A DNA stretch of 64,000 nt from Nitrospirota bacterium (GCA_963790025.1 CAWBMP010000002.1:384001-448000); one strand, 5' to 3'. Shown: positions 38,700 to 48,999, counted from the first letter of the stretch. A program made the numbers and translations. The notes: generated from the sequence alone by a model not told the origin.

Positions 38700-40065
38700 A
38701 TCTGAGCGCATCGATTGGATCGAGCCGGGATGCCTTCCATGCCGGATAAAAACCAAAGACGACCCCCACAACAGCCGATACGACCACTGAAACCACGATG
38801 GCGCCCACCGAGGCCGCTGTCGGCCAGTGCAGTACCTTCGTTACAATATACGAAGCGGTGCGGCCCAGTATGATCCCCATAGTGCCGCCGAGCAGGCACA
38901 GCACTATAGCTTCCGTCAAAAACTGACGCAGTATGTCTGCCGGCTCTGCGCCCACTGCCATGCGCAGGCCGATCTCCCGCGTCCGTTCCGTGACCGAGAC
39001 GAGCATAATGTTCATGATCCCAATACCTCCGACAACCAGCGAAATCATCGCAACACATAACAGGAGCTTGGTTATCAACTCAGTCGTCGAACTCATCGCC
39101 TTGGTAATCTCGGTCATGTCGCGTATAGTGAAATCGCTCGGATCGCCCGGCAAAAGGTGATGGCGCTCCCTGAGCAGCACGGTCATTTCCTGCATGGCCG
39201 AAGGTATCTGTATCGCTGACTGGGCGGCGGTCAATATCTGGTCCACGTTAGTGAACCGGATAGGCTGTGGGGTGTCAGCCTGCTCTGTAGCCGACGCAAC
39301 CGGGTAGAGGTTCTGAGCGAGATTAGGATATACCTGACTCAATGAAATGGCTTCGTTGCCGCTTGAAGTATTTGTATTGCTCTGATTGCCGGCAGAAAGA
39401 GAAGTAGCTACCACACGGTATTTGATGGTTGTCCATGGCGCCAGCAGGATATCATCCTGGTCCATGCCCATCATGTTTGCTCCCTTCGGGCGTAATACTC
39501 CAATGACCTTGAAGGCCACATTCCGTATCCGGATTTCCTTGCCTATGGGAAATTCTCCGCCGAACAACTGTCTTACGATAGTCTGGCCTATCAAACACAC
39601 CTTGTTTACATTCAGGACATCATGATCGCTGAAAGATTCACCGCTATCAAGATCGGTCCAATCCCTGACCTCCAGAAATTGAGGAGTAGTGCCATAGAGG
39701 TAAGTCGGAACGTAGTTGCGGTTGCCGAATACCAGCTGGGTGCGGGCGCGCACTATCGGCGCAACGTTGCGGACAGCAGGACACTCTTTGATTATCGCAT
39801 CGGCGTCCTGCGGTGTGAGGGTCATCATGCTGCCGATCCCCATATTGATGCCGCTTGCAGTTGCCGCTCCTGGAACGATGACAAGGGTGTTGGCGCCCAT
39901 GCTGGCCATGGTTTTCTGGATTGCAATAGTCGCGCCGTGGCCGATCTCCATCATAGTGATCACCGCCGCAACTCCGATCACGATGCCCAAAGTTGTGAGC
40001 AGTGTCCTCATGACGTTGCGGCGCAGAGCATTTAAAGCCGTTTTCAGGATACCGTACCAGTTCAT
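38692..40065 (-). CDS. MacB-type ABC permease
   Basis: LGIVIGV, GGIGIMNIMLVSVTERTREIGLRMAVGA, LDPIDALRYE. Confidence 0.95.
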   Translation of the reverse strand: MNWYGILKTALNALRRNVMRTLLTTLGIVIGVAAVITMMEIGHGATIAIQKTMASMGANTLVIVPGAATASGINMGIGSMMTLTPQDADAIIKECPAVRNVAPIVRARTQLVFGNRNYVPTYLYGTTPQFLEVRDWTDLDSGESFSDHDVLNVNKVCLIGQTIVRQLFGGEFPIGKEIRIRNVAFKVIGVLRPKGANMMGMDQDDILLAPWTTIKYRVVATSLSAGNQSNTNTSSGNEAISLSQVYPNLAQNLYPVASATEQADTPQPIRFTNVDQILTAAQSAIQIPSAMQEMTVLLRERHHLLPGDPSDFTIRDMTEITKAMSSTTELITKLLLCVAMISLVVGGIGIMNIMLVSVTERTREIGLRMAVGAEPADILRQFLTEAIVLCLLGGTMGIILGRTASYIVTKVLHWPTAASVGAIVVSVVVSAVVGVVFGFYPAWKASRLDPIDALRYE

Positions 40066-40772
40066 ACTGCATCCCTAGACTTGCATATATCGGAACTTTT
40101 TTCTATGTGGCCATCCTTGATATTAACGATCCGCCTCGCATGCTGCGCCACGCCGGGATCGTGGGTAACAAGTATGATAGTGATGCCCTCTTCAGTATTG
40201 AGCTGCCGGAACATCACGAGGAGTTCCTCATTGGTGCGCGAGTCGAGGTTGCCTGTCGGCTCATCGGCCAGGAGTACCTGCGGATGGTTGATCAGAGACC
40301 GTGCTATCGCCACGCGCTGCTGTTGGCCGCCCGAAAGCTGTGATGGGAGATGTTCCAGGCGATCAGCCAAACCCACTTTGTCCAACAGTTCAGCAGCTCG
40401 TTGCTTCTTTTGGCTCTCACTGAGGTCCTCTTTTGTATAGAGCAGAGGCATCATTACATTCTCCAGCGCGGATGTGCGCGGCAGCAGGTTGAAGGTTTGG
40501 AAAACGAAACCGATCATACGGTTTCGCAGTCTTGCCTGCTCCGTTGCATTGAGCCTGGAAACCTCCCTGTCGTCGAACCAGTACTCCCCTGCAGTCGGAC
40601 GATCCAGGCAACCGATAATGTTCATAAGCGTGCTTTTGCCGGAACCGCTCGAGCCCATCAGGGCCACGAATTCGCCGCGAGATACACTGAGCGTCACGCC
40701 CATAAGCACCGGAAGATCAACTTCGCCAAGACGGTAAGTCTTACGAATATCGCGCAATTCGATCAAATCCAT
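40062..40772 (-). CDS. MacB-type ABC ATP-binding protein
   Basis: [25 protein letters not shown]. Confidence 0.95.
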   Translation of the reverse strand: MDLIELRDIRKTYRLGEVDLPVLMGVTLSVSRGEFVALMGSSGSGKSTLMNIIGCLDRPTAGEYWFDDREVSRLNATEQARLRNRMIGFVFQTFNLLPRTSALENVMMPLLYTKEDLSESQKKQRAAELLDKVGLADRLEHLPSQLSGGQQQRVAIARSLINHPQVLLADEPTGNLDSRTNEELLVMFRQLNTEEGITIILVTHDPGVAQHARRIVNIKDGHIEKSSDICKSRDAV

Positions 40773-40844
40773 GTCACAGCAACTCCACAATATGTATTAG
40801 CCTTAATTGCCCGGGCAATTCCATGATTCTCATAGTTCCATTTC

Positions 40845-42179
40845 TTAGGGCCGTCCCCGGCCGACCTGGGGTGTGAAAGGACTTCGTTCTGCACCGGGAC
40901 CGGCTTTGACTTCGGGAGCAGCTTCGCCGACAACGGCCTGCAACCCCTCGGACAGGTCCCTGTCTTCGACTTCCGTTACTACTCCATCAGTCAAACCAAC
41001 CTTCACATGGATAGGCCGGACAAATTTACCTTGCTCGACCCAGATTGTACCCCGGGCTTGCATAGCGCCGCCTGCGCCATGTCCTTCCCCTTTGCCCAAA
41101 CCTGATGCCGCTGCCTGGACATGCGATTTTCTACGGGCTTCCGGTGATATCTGGTTTGGTAAGGGGGACCAGCGCAGTGCCGCATTCGGGACCACCAGCA
41201 CCCCATGACGGCGGCCAACCATAAAATGGGCGTTGGCGGTCAGGTATGGCAACAGTTTGCCGTCGTCATTGTCTGTGTTGACCTCAATAGTATATGTTAC
41301 TACGTTCTGCACCATCGTCGCGTTAAGGCGGATTTTACCGACTTCTCCGTGAAAAACCCGGTTGGGAAATGCATCTACAGTGAATGTAACCGGCTGGCCT
41401 TTTGAAATGCTGCCGATATCGGCTTCATTAACAGACACCCAAACCTGGATGTGCTTCAAGTCTTTCGCGATAAGGAACAGGCTCGTGGCACTCATACTCG
41501 ACACAACGGTCTGACCGATATTTACCTGCCGGTCAACAATCACACCCTTGACCGGCGACTTGATGGTACAGTAACCGAGATTCACCTGTGCGCTGTCAAG
41601 GTTGGCCTTTGCTTGCGCTACTGCTGCCTTCGTCTGCTCCACTGCTGCATGGGCAGCTGCCAGGTTGGCTTTGGCAACTTCAAAATTTGCCCGGTACTGG
41701 TCATAAGCGCTTTTAGCCAATGCATCGGATGGCCCGAGCTTCTGAGCCCTGTCCCAGTCTTGCCCGGCCTGCAGCAACTTGGCTTCCATCTGGAGAACAT
41801 TGGCGTCAGCGGTGATCTTGTTGGCCATTGCCTGCTGCAATTGGGCCTTGGCAGCTTCTACGGCAGCCGCATAAAGTGAATCGTCGATCCTAGCCAGCAC
41901 AGTGCCTGCTTCAACAGGCGAACGGTAATTGATCATGCTCCCGAATTTGTCTTTGCCGAAGCTGCTGATGATCCCCGAAACCTGGGCGCCGACATCCACG
42001 ACTACCTCCGGCTCCACTGTGCCTGTTGCGCTGATCGTAGCTTCAAGGTCTCCACGTTTGATCTCAGCGGTGCGGAACATCGGTCCTTTACTCCCGCTGG
42101 AGCGAAGCCACCAAAAACAGCCAATAACTATAGACAGGCCGATAACTACAAGTATTGTCATGCCAACTTTTCGTTTCAT
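40845..42179 (-). CDS. MacA-like periplasmic adaptor, downstream copy
   Basis: SATGTVEP, VGAQVSG, IKSPVKG, VPNAALR. Confidence 0.93.
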   Translation of the reverse strand: MKRKVGMTILVVIGLSIVIGCFWWLRSSGSKGPMFRTAEIKRGDLEATISATGTVEPEVVVDVGAQVSGIISSFGKDKFGSMINYRSPVEAGTVLARIDDSLYAAAVEAAKAQLQQAMANKITADANVLQMEAKLLQAGQDWDRAQKLGPSDALAKSAYDQYRANFEVAKANLAAAHAAVEQTKAAVAQAKANLDSAQVNLGYCTIKSPVKGVIVDRQVNIGQTVVSSMSATSLFLIAKDLKHIQVWVSVNEADIGSISKGQPVTFTVDAFPNRVFHGEVGKIRLNATMVQNVVTYTIEVNTDNDDGKLLPYLTANAHFMVGRRHGVLVVPNAALRWSPLPNQISPEARRKSHVQAAASGLGKGEGHGAGGAMQARGTIWVEQGKFVRPIHVKVGLTDGVVTEVEDRDLSEGLQAVVGEAAPEVKAGPGAERSPFTPQVGRGRP

Positions 42180-42261
42180 CTTAACTCCAGTCGTTATGGA
42201 CAGTCTAAAAGTTACAGTTGTTAACCTTTAGCTTTTTCCAATGCTCAATTAAGAGAGTATC

Positions 42262-43557
42262 TTAAGGTGCAGCTTCGCCGACGACGGCTTGCAAACCCTC
42301 GGACAGGTCCTTGCCTTTGACTTCCGTTACTACTCCGTCAGTAAGACCAATATTGACATGGATAGGCTTGACAAATTTGCCCTGTTCGATCCAGATGGTC
42401 CCCCGCCGGGCTTGCGTCGCTCCTCCGGAGCCATGCCCTCCGTTACTGTCCGAATCTGATATTCCTGTCTGAGAGCGGGATTTTCTCCGGGCTTCCGGTG
42501 CGATTTGATCTGGCAAGGGAGACCAGCGCAGCGCCGCATTCGGGACCACCAGCACTCCCTCACGGCGGCCAACCTGAAAATTGGCTTTGGCGGTCATGTA
42601 TGGCAACAGCTTGCCGTCGGCATTGTTTGTGTTAACCTCGACAGTATATGTTACTACATTCTGCGTCATAGTCGCGTTGAACCGGGTTTGGCCGACTTCT
42701 CCGTGAAAAACGCGGTTGGGAAATGCATCTACTGTCAATGTTACAGGCTGACCTTCTGAAATGCTGCCTACATCAGATTCATTAACAGAAGCCCAAACCT
42801 GGACTTGTTTCAAGTCCTTCGCAATGAGGAACAGGCTCGTGGCACTCATACTCGACACAACGGTCTGACCGATATTTACCCGTCGGTCAACAATCACACC
42901 CTTGACAGGCGACTTAATTGTACAATAACCGAGATTCACCTGCGCGCTGCCGAGGTTGGCCTTTGCTTGCAATACTGCCGCCTTTGTCTGTTCCACAGCT
43001 GATTCAGCTGCTGCCAGGTTGGCTTTGGCAACCTCGAAATTTGCCCTGTACTGGTCGTAAGCGCTTTTAGACAATGCATCGGATGGCCCGAGCCTCTGGG
43101 CCCTGTCCCAGTCCTGCCGGGCCTGCAGTAACAAGGCTTCCATCTGAAGGATATTGGCATCGGCAGCGATCTTGTTGGCCATTGCCTGCTTCAGTTGTGC
43201 CTTAGAAGCTTCTACGGCAGCAGCATAAAGTGAATCGTCTATTCTCGCAAGTACAGTGCCCGGTTCAACAGGCGAACTGTAATTGATCATATTTCCGTAT
43301 TTGTCTTTGCCGAAGCTGCTGATCATCCCAGAAACCTGGGAGCCGACATCCACTACTACCTCCGGCTCCACTGTACCTGTTGCGCTGATTGTAGCTTCAA
43401 GGTCGCCACGTTTAATCACCACGGTACGGAATATCGGCCCTTTGCTCCCGCTGGCGCGAAGCCAAAAAATGCCGCCGCCGATGATAAACAAGCAAAAAAC
43501 TACCAGTATTGTTATTCCAACTTTTCGTTTCACCCTTAATTGAGTCGTCATGGACAA
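42262..43557 (-). CDS. MacA-like periplasmic adaptor, upstream copy (close paralogue)
   Basis: Same motifs; long identical stretches with 40845..42179. Confidence 0.93.
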   Translation of the reverse strand: MSMTTQLRVKRKVGITILVVFCLFIIGGGIFWLRASGSKGPIFRTVVIKRGDLEATISATGTVEPEVVVDVGSQVSGMISSFGKDKYGNMINYSSPVEPGTVLARIDDSLYAAAVEASKAQLKQAMANKIAADANILQMEALLLQARQDWDRAQRLGPSDALSKSAYDQYRANFEVAKANLAAAESAVEQTKAAVLQAKANLGSAQVNLGYCTIKSPVKGVIVDRRVNIGQTVVSSMSATSLFLIAKDLKQVQVWASVNESDVGSISEGQPVTLTVDAFPNRVFHGEVGQTRFNATMTQNVVTYTVEVNTNNADGKLLPYMTAKANFQVGRREGVLVVPNAALRWSPLPDQIAPEARRKSRSQTGISDSDSNGGHGSGGATQARRGTIWIEQGKFVKPIHVNIGLTDGVVTEVKGKDLSEGLQAVVGEAAP

Positions 43558-43833
43558 TCCAAAGGTTACAAGTGATATATAATATATAAAAAATACGTGG
43601 TCAAATTCATTATTGTGCCTCTCACCTTTTTACAGAATCAAGGCAGGAAATTTTTTCCGGGCGATAAACGAGAAGAGGAAAACATTGCCTGACTATCACT
43701 TGAACCCTTACAAAAACTTGCCTTTCATTACTGGACAGTTAATGATCTTTTACAGTTTAAAGATATTTCCGACATCTGATAATTAAAGGAAGTTTTCTGT
43801 TTTATTCCTCAAATCCTTCCATTCCCGTGATTC

Positions 43834-43849
43834 CGGCACACAAGTTGCA
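43834..43849 (+). promoter_or_regulatory. Sigma54 (-24/-12) promoter candidate
   Basis: CGGCAC-ACAAG-TTGCA (GG-N10-GC), ~45 nt before ATG 43894. Confidence 0.65.
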
Positions 43850-43893
43850 AAGATTGCATAGACATTTTTGATCAAAAAGGAGGTGAAAAGCAA

Positions 43894-44529
43894 ATGACGA
43901 TTCAATCAATCAGCACTCTCTATCAGAATCAGAACACAATGCAGACAGATTTCAAGAATTTTCGCAAAAACTTAAATGCCCTTCAGAGTGCGTTAAATTC
44001 AGGGAACCAGGACCAGGTTACGTTGTCTGAGACCGCTTTATCTGCAGCAATAACACAACTCCAGGGCAACTTTTCTACGCAGTCGGCCGGAGGCGGCAAT
44101 TCTGCCCAGGGCACGGGTAACACCGGTATGCAAAGTTTCCAGACCGACCTGCAGGCCCTCCAGACAGCTCTGAATTCAGCTGCCTCAGGCACTACGTCTA
44201 CGCCGTCCACTTCTGCGACAACCTCTACAACTCTGCAAAACTCTGTGGGCATTGCGTTGAACCAAGTTAAAAGCGACCTCTTCAGTATTAAGGAACATCG
44301 CCACCATCACCATCATGTGGGGGGTGGCAACTCCGGCAGTAACGCTTCCGGGGGTACCGGTTCTGCCTCGTCAAGCAGTGACACTAATAGCGACGATCTA
44401 ATGTTACAACTCCTTGGCATGTTGAATAGTAACACAAGCAGCGCCTCCGGCAATAACACTACTTCTCTGGCTGCACTCTTTGGCATGGTAAATAGCGGAA
44501 GCACTAACGGCATCAGCATTAAGACATAA
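43894..44529 (+). CDS. Ser/Thr/Gly/Asn/Gln-rich low-complexity protein with His tract
   Basis: AAGGAGGT RBS; two ALQ(S/T)ALNS motifs; HRHHHHH. Confidence 0.85.
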   Translation: MTIQSISTLYQNQNTMQTDFKNFRKNLNALQSALNSGNQDQVTLSETALSAAITQLQGNFSTQSAGGGNSAQGTGNTGMQSFQTDLQALQTALNSAASGTTSTPSTSATTSTTLQNSVGIALNQVKSDLFSIKEHRHHHHHVGGGNSGSNASGGTGSASSSSDTNSDDLMLQLLGMLNSNTSSASGNNTTSLAALFGMVNSGSTNGISIKT

Positions 44530-44544
44530 GATTGCAGGACACTA

Positions 44545-44590
44545 GAAGAAGGAAGAGCAGGGGAACTCTTCCTTCTTACTCCTTTTCTCG
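44545..44590 (+). terminator. Intrinsic terminator-like hairpin
   Basis: AGAAGGAAGAG ... CTCTTCCTTCT followed by a pyrimidine run. Confidence 0.6.
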
Positions 44591-44706
44591 TGTAACCATA
44601 TTGCCTTTTTGATCGACTTAGTAAGACAAGTAGAAGTTGCGATAGGCTGCAACAAATATATTGAAGAACGGAAAGCTCTTTATTTTAATTTGTTTGCTGG
44701 AGGTGC

Positions 44707-44904
44707 ATGATGACTTGTCGGTATTTCAATGAGGATTATGCCGGTTTTTGCGGAGCAACAGCATCTTTACATATCCCCAGTATCAGTGATATGGAACAGC
44801 TCTGTTTTAAAAATTTTCAAAGCTGCCCTATATATAATGAATTTGAAGAAGACCACAGACCTGTTGCCGGCAAAATTTGTAATCAGGCGCTATTTCAGTC
44901 CTGA
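44707..44904 (+). CDS. Small 4-Cys protein, paralogue D
   Basis: GGAGGT RBS; C-x10-C-x17-C-x6-CPIY. Confidence 0.8.
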   Translation: MMTCRYFNEDYAGFCGATASLHIPSISDMEQLCFKNFQSCPIYNEFEEDHRPVAGKICNQALFQS

Positions 44905-44948
44905 GTTTTTTATAATTTCCGTTGACATTCGCAACCTATAGTTCGCTG

Positions 44949-46385
44949 TCAATTCGTTACCCGCGTTCTGTAAGTAAGTCTGGTCTCCCCGTCTTTGGAC
45001 ACCGGTATAGTGAATTCGACAGTATGGGCGTCGATTTTTTTGGGCACGTGTGATGCTGTCAGGATTGTCCAATCTCCAGGAATCGGCTCTATTACTTTAA
45101 CGGAAACGTCCCCCGCCCCGTGATTCCTCAAAGTTATCTCGAAACTGCTTTCATTCATAAAGCGGGAGATTTTGTTCCAATCCATCTGTTTCCTTTCTGC
45201 TGTGACATCAAACGCATCTCCGGTTTTTATGCTCAGTTTTTCTTTCTTAGGTGTATGGTCAACAGTGTTTTCTCCGACAAGCTGAGCGCTGCCGTCCCTG
45301 TCGTTTTTAAATACCCTTACCACTCCCTTGGGCAGTGGAATGCCGGGCCCGTTCTTTTCAGTATTCATTAGTTCAAGGTATACACCGACTTTCTGTGGCA
45401 GCGGGGCATCATATTTATTCATGAAATAAGAGGATTCACCCTTTAGCACAAGCTCTTTCTTTACAGATATATTGCGGGCATTCAAGAAAGCAATCTGCTT
45501 TATCTCGTTATCCTTTATCTGAATCGGACCGTCAAGCGTATAGATGTGATACTCTGAAAAACTCTCTTCTTTAACAGGTGATTCCCCATCAGCGACAGCC
45601 ATCAGAGGCATAATCTTGCCCGGTCCGTGTTCGCTCACTCTGCTTATATCTCCTGCCACAAGTTTTACGCGGGCATTTTTAAAGCCAATACCGCTTTGGT
45701 TATTGATAGTCACCCATCCCGTGAGGTCTGCCTTGTTGTCGGCTTCGTTGAGGGTGAGCGTATAATCCGCCTTCCAATCTATCCCTTCGGTAATATAGGC
45801 GGCCTCGATCCTCTGCGTCTGGACCGAGTTTTTTAGCAGCCAAAGAAGAGAAGGTTTAGAGACAACATCATCGGGCAGTTTCGGAAAGATAATCCTACCG
45901 GGATGATTAAAGGTGATCTCATCGCCCATTTTAAATACGGGACCATTATTGTTTGAGAGGAGTAGAGCAGTGACTATCTCTTCCTTGCCTGTGTAAGGGT
46001 CTTTCGACGAGAGCCTGACCTCCTTGCCTACGAATTTATCGAGCAATTTTTTGGGGCTTATAAGGTCATATTCGTAACGCTGCTCAAGCAACTGCATGCT
46101 GTCCGGCTTTACAGGAGAACTTACGCGAACACTTGATGGTATGATTTTAGTCGCTATGTCAGTGAATAGCACCTCCTGAACGCCAGCCCCCAGCAAAATA
46201 TTGCGCTGGTCTTTGACCAGCCCTATCCCGGAATTATAAACTGTGAGATACACCTCTATCTGCTGTCCCTGGTCCGACCGGACGATCTCGCCAAGACAGA
46301 CACTATTGAGAACGCAGGACACGCTAAACAAAATAGATACGATTAAAATGACTCCCTTACCCTTCACAGAAACCTCCTTTGTCAT
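44949..46385 (-). CDS. DUF4139-type exported protein
   Basis: N-terminal hydrophobic segment, LTVYN, YEYDL, WKADY, YHIY, PLPKG. Confidence 0.8.
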   Translation of the reverse strand: MTKEVSVKGKGVILIVSILFSVSCVLNSVCLGEIVRSDQGQQIEVYLTVYNSGIGLVKDQRNILLGAGVQEVLFTDIATKIIPSSVRVSSPVKPDSMQLLEQRYEYDLISPKKLLDKFVGKEVRLSSKDPYTGKEEIVTALLLSNNNGPVFKMGDEITFNHPGRIIFPKLPDDVVSKPSLLWLLKNSVQTQRIEAAYITEGIDWKADYTLTLNEADNKADLTGWVTINNQSGIGFKNARVKLVAGDISRVSEHGPGKIMPLMAVADGESPVKEESFSEYHIYTLDGPIQIKDNEIKQIAFLNARNISVKKELVLKGESSYFMNKYDAPLPQKVGVYLELMNTEKNGPGIPLPKGVVRVFKNDRDGSAQLVGENTVDHTPKKEKLSIKTGDAFDVTAERKQMDWNKISRFMNESSFEITLRNHGAGDVSVKVIEPIPGDWTILTASHVPKKIDAHTVEFTIPVSKDGETRLTYRTRVTN

Positions 46386-46738
46386 GCCACGGCAGGCTCA
46401 ATACCGATTTTCTCAATTAATCCATTCAGTAAACCAAACAATAAAGTATCAATAACATGTTGATACATTGTGCATAAAAGGATGAACAAACCCGCCCCTT
46501 TTCCCTGATGGTCAATAGTTTAGTGCCTTTGAAACCAGCTAAAGATTAACGTCTGAGTCGGATATTTGCTTACATTTCGGGCGGAAGCCATACAAAAAGT
46601 TATCAACATTTGTTAATAAAGCGTTGATAACTTTTTAGTATAAATAAATTTAAATTAGCGGGACTGACTTTCATATTTAACTGCCTGTATGTAACCGCAT
46701 TGAGAACAGAAATTCCGGCATCTGCAGGAACAGCCGGA

Positions 46739-48070
46739 CTACTCGATTTTTCCGAGTATTTTTATGAATGTTTTTAAAAACTTATGGTCGTAATTTTCCG
46801 TTTCTTTAGCTATAACAGAAAGGGCAAAATAAGGCGCCAATGCAGGCTTGAAAGGCCGCTGCGTTGTCAGAGCATCGAAGCAGTCCGCAATTGCGGTGAT
46901 CCGTCCAAAGGTTTCGATATCATTGCCGGATAGTTGGTACGGATATCCCTTGCCGGACAATTTTTCGTGGTGCTGTAATACGGCTGGGAAGGATTCTTCG
47001 GGGAATTCCTTGAAACAACGCAGAATTCTCTCTCCTTCAAAAACATGGTTCCTGAGTATGTGATATTCGGCGTGATTAAGCTTTCCCTGCTTGTGCAGAA
47101 TCTCTGGAGGAATAAGGCTCTTGCCGATGTCATGGAGAATTGCTCCTATCCCCAGCTTTTCCACAAGATCTCTTTTCAGGTCCAGGGCAATGCCCAGGCT
47201 CACAGAAAGGACTGCCACATTCACCGAATGCGTATAGGTGTAATAGTCACACCCCTTCAGCGAGAGAAGCCCGTAAACGGCATCTCTGTTTTCCATTATA
47301 CTGTCAATCATTTCATTTATCGAGTCTTTCAGTTCCCGTATCTTCTCTTCACCTGCAGGGTAATTAAGAATATCTCCGGTAAGTATTTCTGCTTTTTCTT
47401 TTGTCTCCATCTTCTTTACGCGTGTAACGCCCACATGACTGTCGAAAAATTCGCTCAATACAACTTTAGCCTTTTCCTTTATGGTTGTAAGTTTTATCCT
47501 GCACTTGTCATCTGAGGGAATAGTTGGTGAAGTTGAAAGTAAATTGAGATATTCATAATACAGCGGAATATCCGCTCTCTTTATAACGACATCGCCTGTT
47601 ACTGTTTGTACTCTTTCATCTATCGGCGCAGGCTGTTCGACAGTAGCCTCGACAAGCGGAGAAAATTCGTGGTTATCAAACGAATAGAGACCAAAGCATA
47701 GCTCTACTCCCGGAATGAGAAATGTCCTGTCTATTTGATGATACTGGTCTTTGTAAAACGAATACTCCCTGAACATGGCAGGGTCATCGCAAATAGAACC
47801 CTTTTGTGGTTTTTTTACGGAAAAGAATGCTTTGTTATCGTCAATATCTTTTGTTCTGACATAAACTTCTGATATGCCCTGCTCTTTCAGATCGTCCTTT
47901 ACAGCAGCGGTAATCAGCATCCCCTCTCTGAAGAGGGGTCTGATAATACTGAAATCCTTAATGAAAACATCAAAAGGCAAATTCTTGCCTTCAGTTAGCT
48001 TTTCCACATCAACTACGGTATGGTACTCAAACGAGGACTTTATGTTCACTCGCTTTTTCGACGTAAACAT
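46739..48070 (-). CDS. HD-GYP cyclic-dinucleotide phosphodiesterase
   Basis: HSVNV, LHDIGK, HHEKLSGKGYP, DALTTQRP; GGAGG RBS before ATG 48070. Confidence 0.92.
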   Translation of the reverse strand: MFTSKKRVNIKSSFEYHTVVDVEKLTEGKNLPFDVFIKDFSIIRPLFREGMLITAAVKDDLKEQGISEVYVRTKDIDDNKAFFSVKKPQKGSICDDPAMFREYSFYKDQYHQIDRTFLIPGVELCFGLYSFDNHEFSPLVEATVEQPAPIDERVQTVTGDVVIKRADIPLYYEYLNLLSTSPTIPSDDKCRIKLTTIKEKAKVVLSEFFDSHVGVTRVKKMETKEKAEILTGDILNYPAGEEKIRELKDSINEMIDSIMENRDAVYGLLSLKGCDYYTYTHSVNVAVLSVSLGIALDLKRDLVEKLGIGAILHDIGKSLIPPEILHKQGKLNHAEYHILRNHVFEGERILRCFKEFPEESFPAVLQHHEKLSGKGYPYQLSGNDIETFGRITAIADCFDALTTQRPFKPALAPYFALSVIAKETENYDHKFLKTFIKILGKIE

Positions 48071-48300
48071 ATGCGACTTCCCCTCCCGAGCCACTTTGCT
48101 AAGCCGTTTGCCACAAATTAATGGCATTAGAAATACTATGATTAATAATACATCTTTAATCTTATTTTTGTCATCTCCTGTTGACAACACTCCTGTTGTT
48201 AACATCCCGATTATCCGGGACCATTATTTTGAGTGAAATTTGACTTTTATATGATATCTGTTAGAATTCTCTTATAATTTCTATTTGAAAAGGAGGCATT

Positions 48301-48879
48301 ATGTCGTATACCGCAAAGGATTATGGAAAGCTCATAGGCATGGAAGGCTTCAGCGAAACATTGCTCAAGAACCACTTTACACTCTACCAGGGTTATGTCA
48401 CAAACACTAACAAAGTCCTTGATTCGCTGTCGGCGATGATAAAAGAGGAGAAAGGAGGCACGCCCGAGTTTGCAGAGATGAAGAGAAGGCTCGGCTGGGA
48501 ATTCAACGGTATGAGACTCCACGAATACTACTTTGAGAACCTCGGCGGCAAGGGCGGCATACAGAAAGACGGCAAGCTCACCGCAAAGCTTGCTGAGGAT
48601 TTCGGAAGCTATGAAGCGTGGGAGAAGCACTTCAGAGCGACCGGCGCCATGAGAGGTATAGGATGGGTTGCACTTTATCAGGATACTTCAAACGGCAAGC
48701 TTATCAATTTCTGGATAAATGAGCATGATACGGGACACCCGGCGGGGGGCAACCCGATATTGATAATGGATGTGTTTGAGCATGCCTTCATGACCGATTA
48801 TGGTCTCAAGAGGGTCGATTATATCGAGGCATTCTTCAAAAATATCGATTGGAAAACAGTGGAAGGACGACTTAAATAA
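48301..48879 (+). CDS. Fe/Mn superoxide dismutase family (short, ChrC-like)
   Basis: HFTLYQGY, LHEYYF, DVFEHAF. Confidence 0.9.
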   Translation: MSYTAKDYGKLIGMEGFSETLLKNHFTLYQGYVTNTNKVLDSLSAMIKEEKGGTPEFAEMKRRLGWEFNGMRLHEYYFENLGGKGGIQKDGKLTAKLAEDFGSYEAWEKHFRATGAMRGIGWVALYQDTSNGKLINFWINEHDTGHPAGGNPILIMDVFEHAFMTDYGLKRVDYIEAFFKNIDWKTVEGRLK

Positions 48880-48885
48880 AAAGAA

Positions 48886-48984
48886 ACCACAGAGGCACAG
48901 AGACACAGAGAAAAAGTCAGGTTAAAATAATTCCTGTAAAAATCTTTTTTATATATTATTTCTCCGTGTCAGTGCCTCTGTGGT
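48886..48984. repeat. REP-like intergenic inverted repeat
   Basis: ACCACAGAGGCAC ... GTGCCTCTGTGGT (13-bp perfect arms plus inner imperfect arms). Confidence 0.7.
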
Positions 48985-48999
48985 CAGGATTTTGACACT

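Noticed and set aside
46500..46600. c-di-GMP or other riboswitch near the HD-GYP gene
   Set aside because: I could not match the GEMM core or another consensus by eye; an Infernal/Rfam search is needed.
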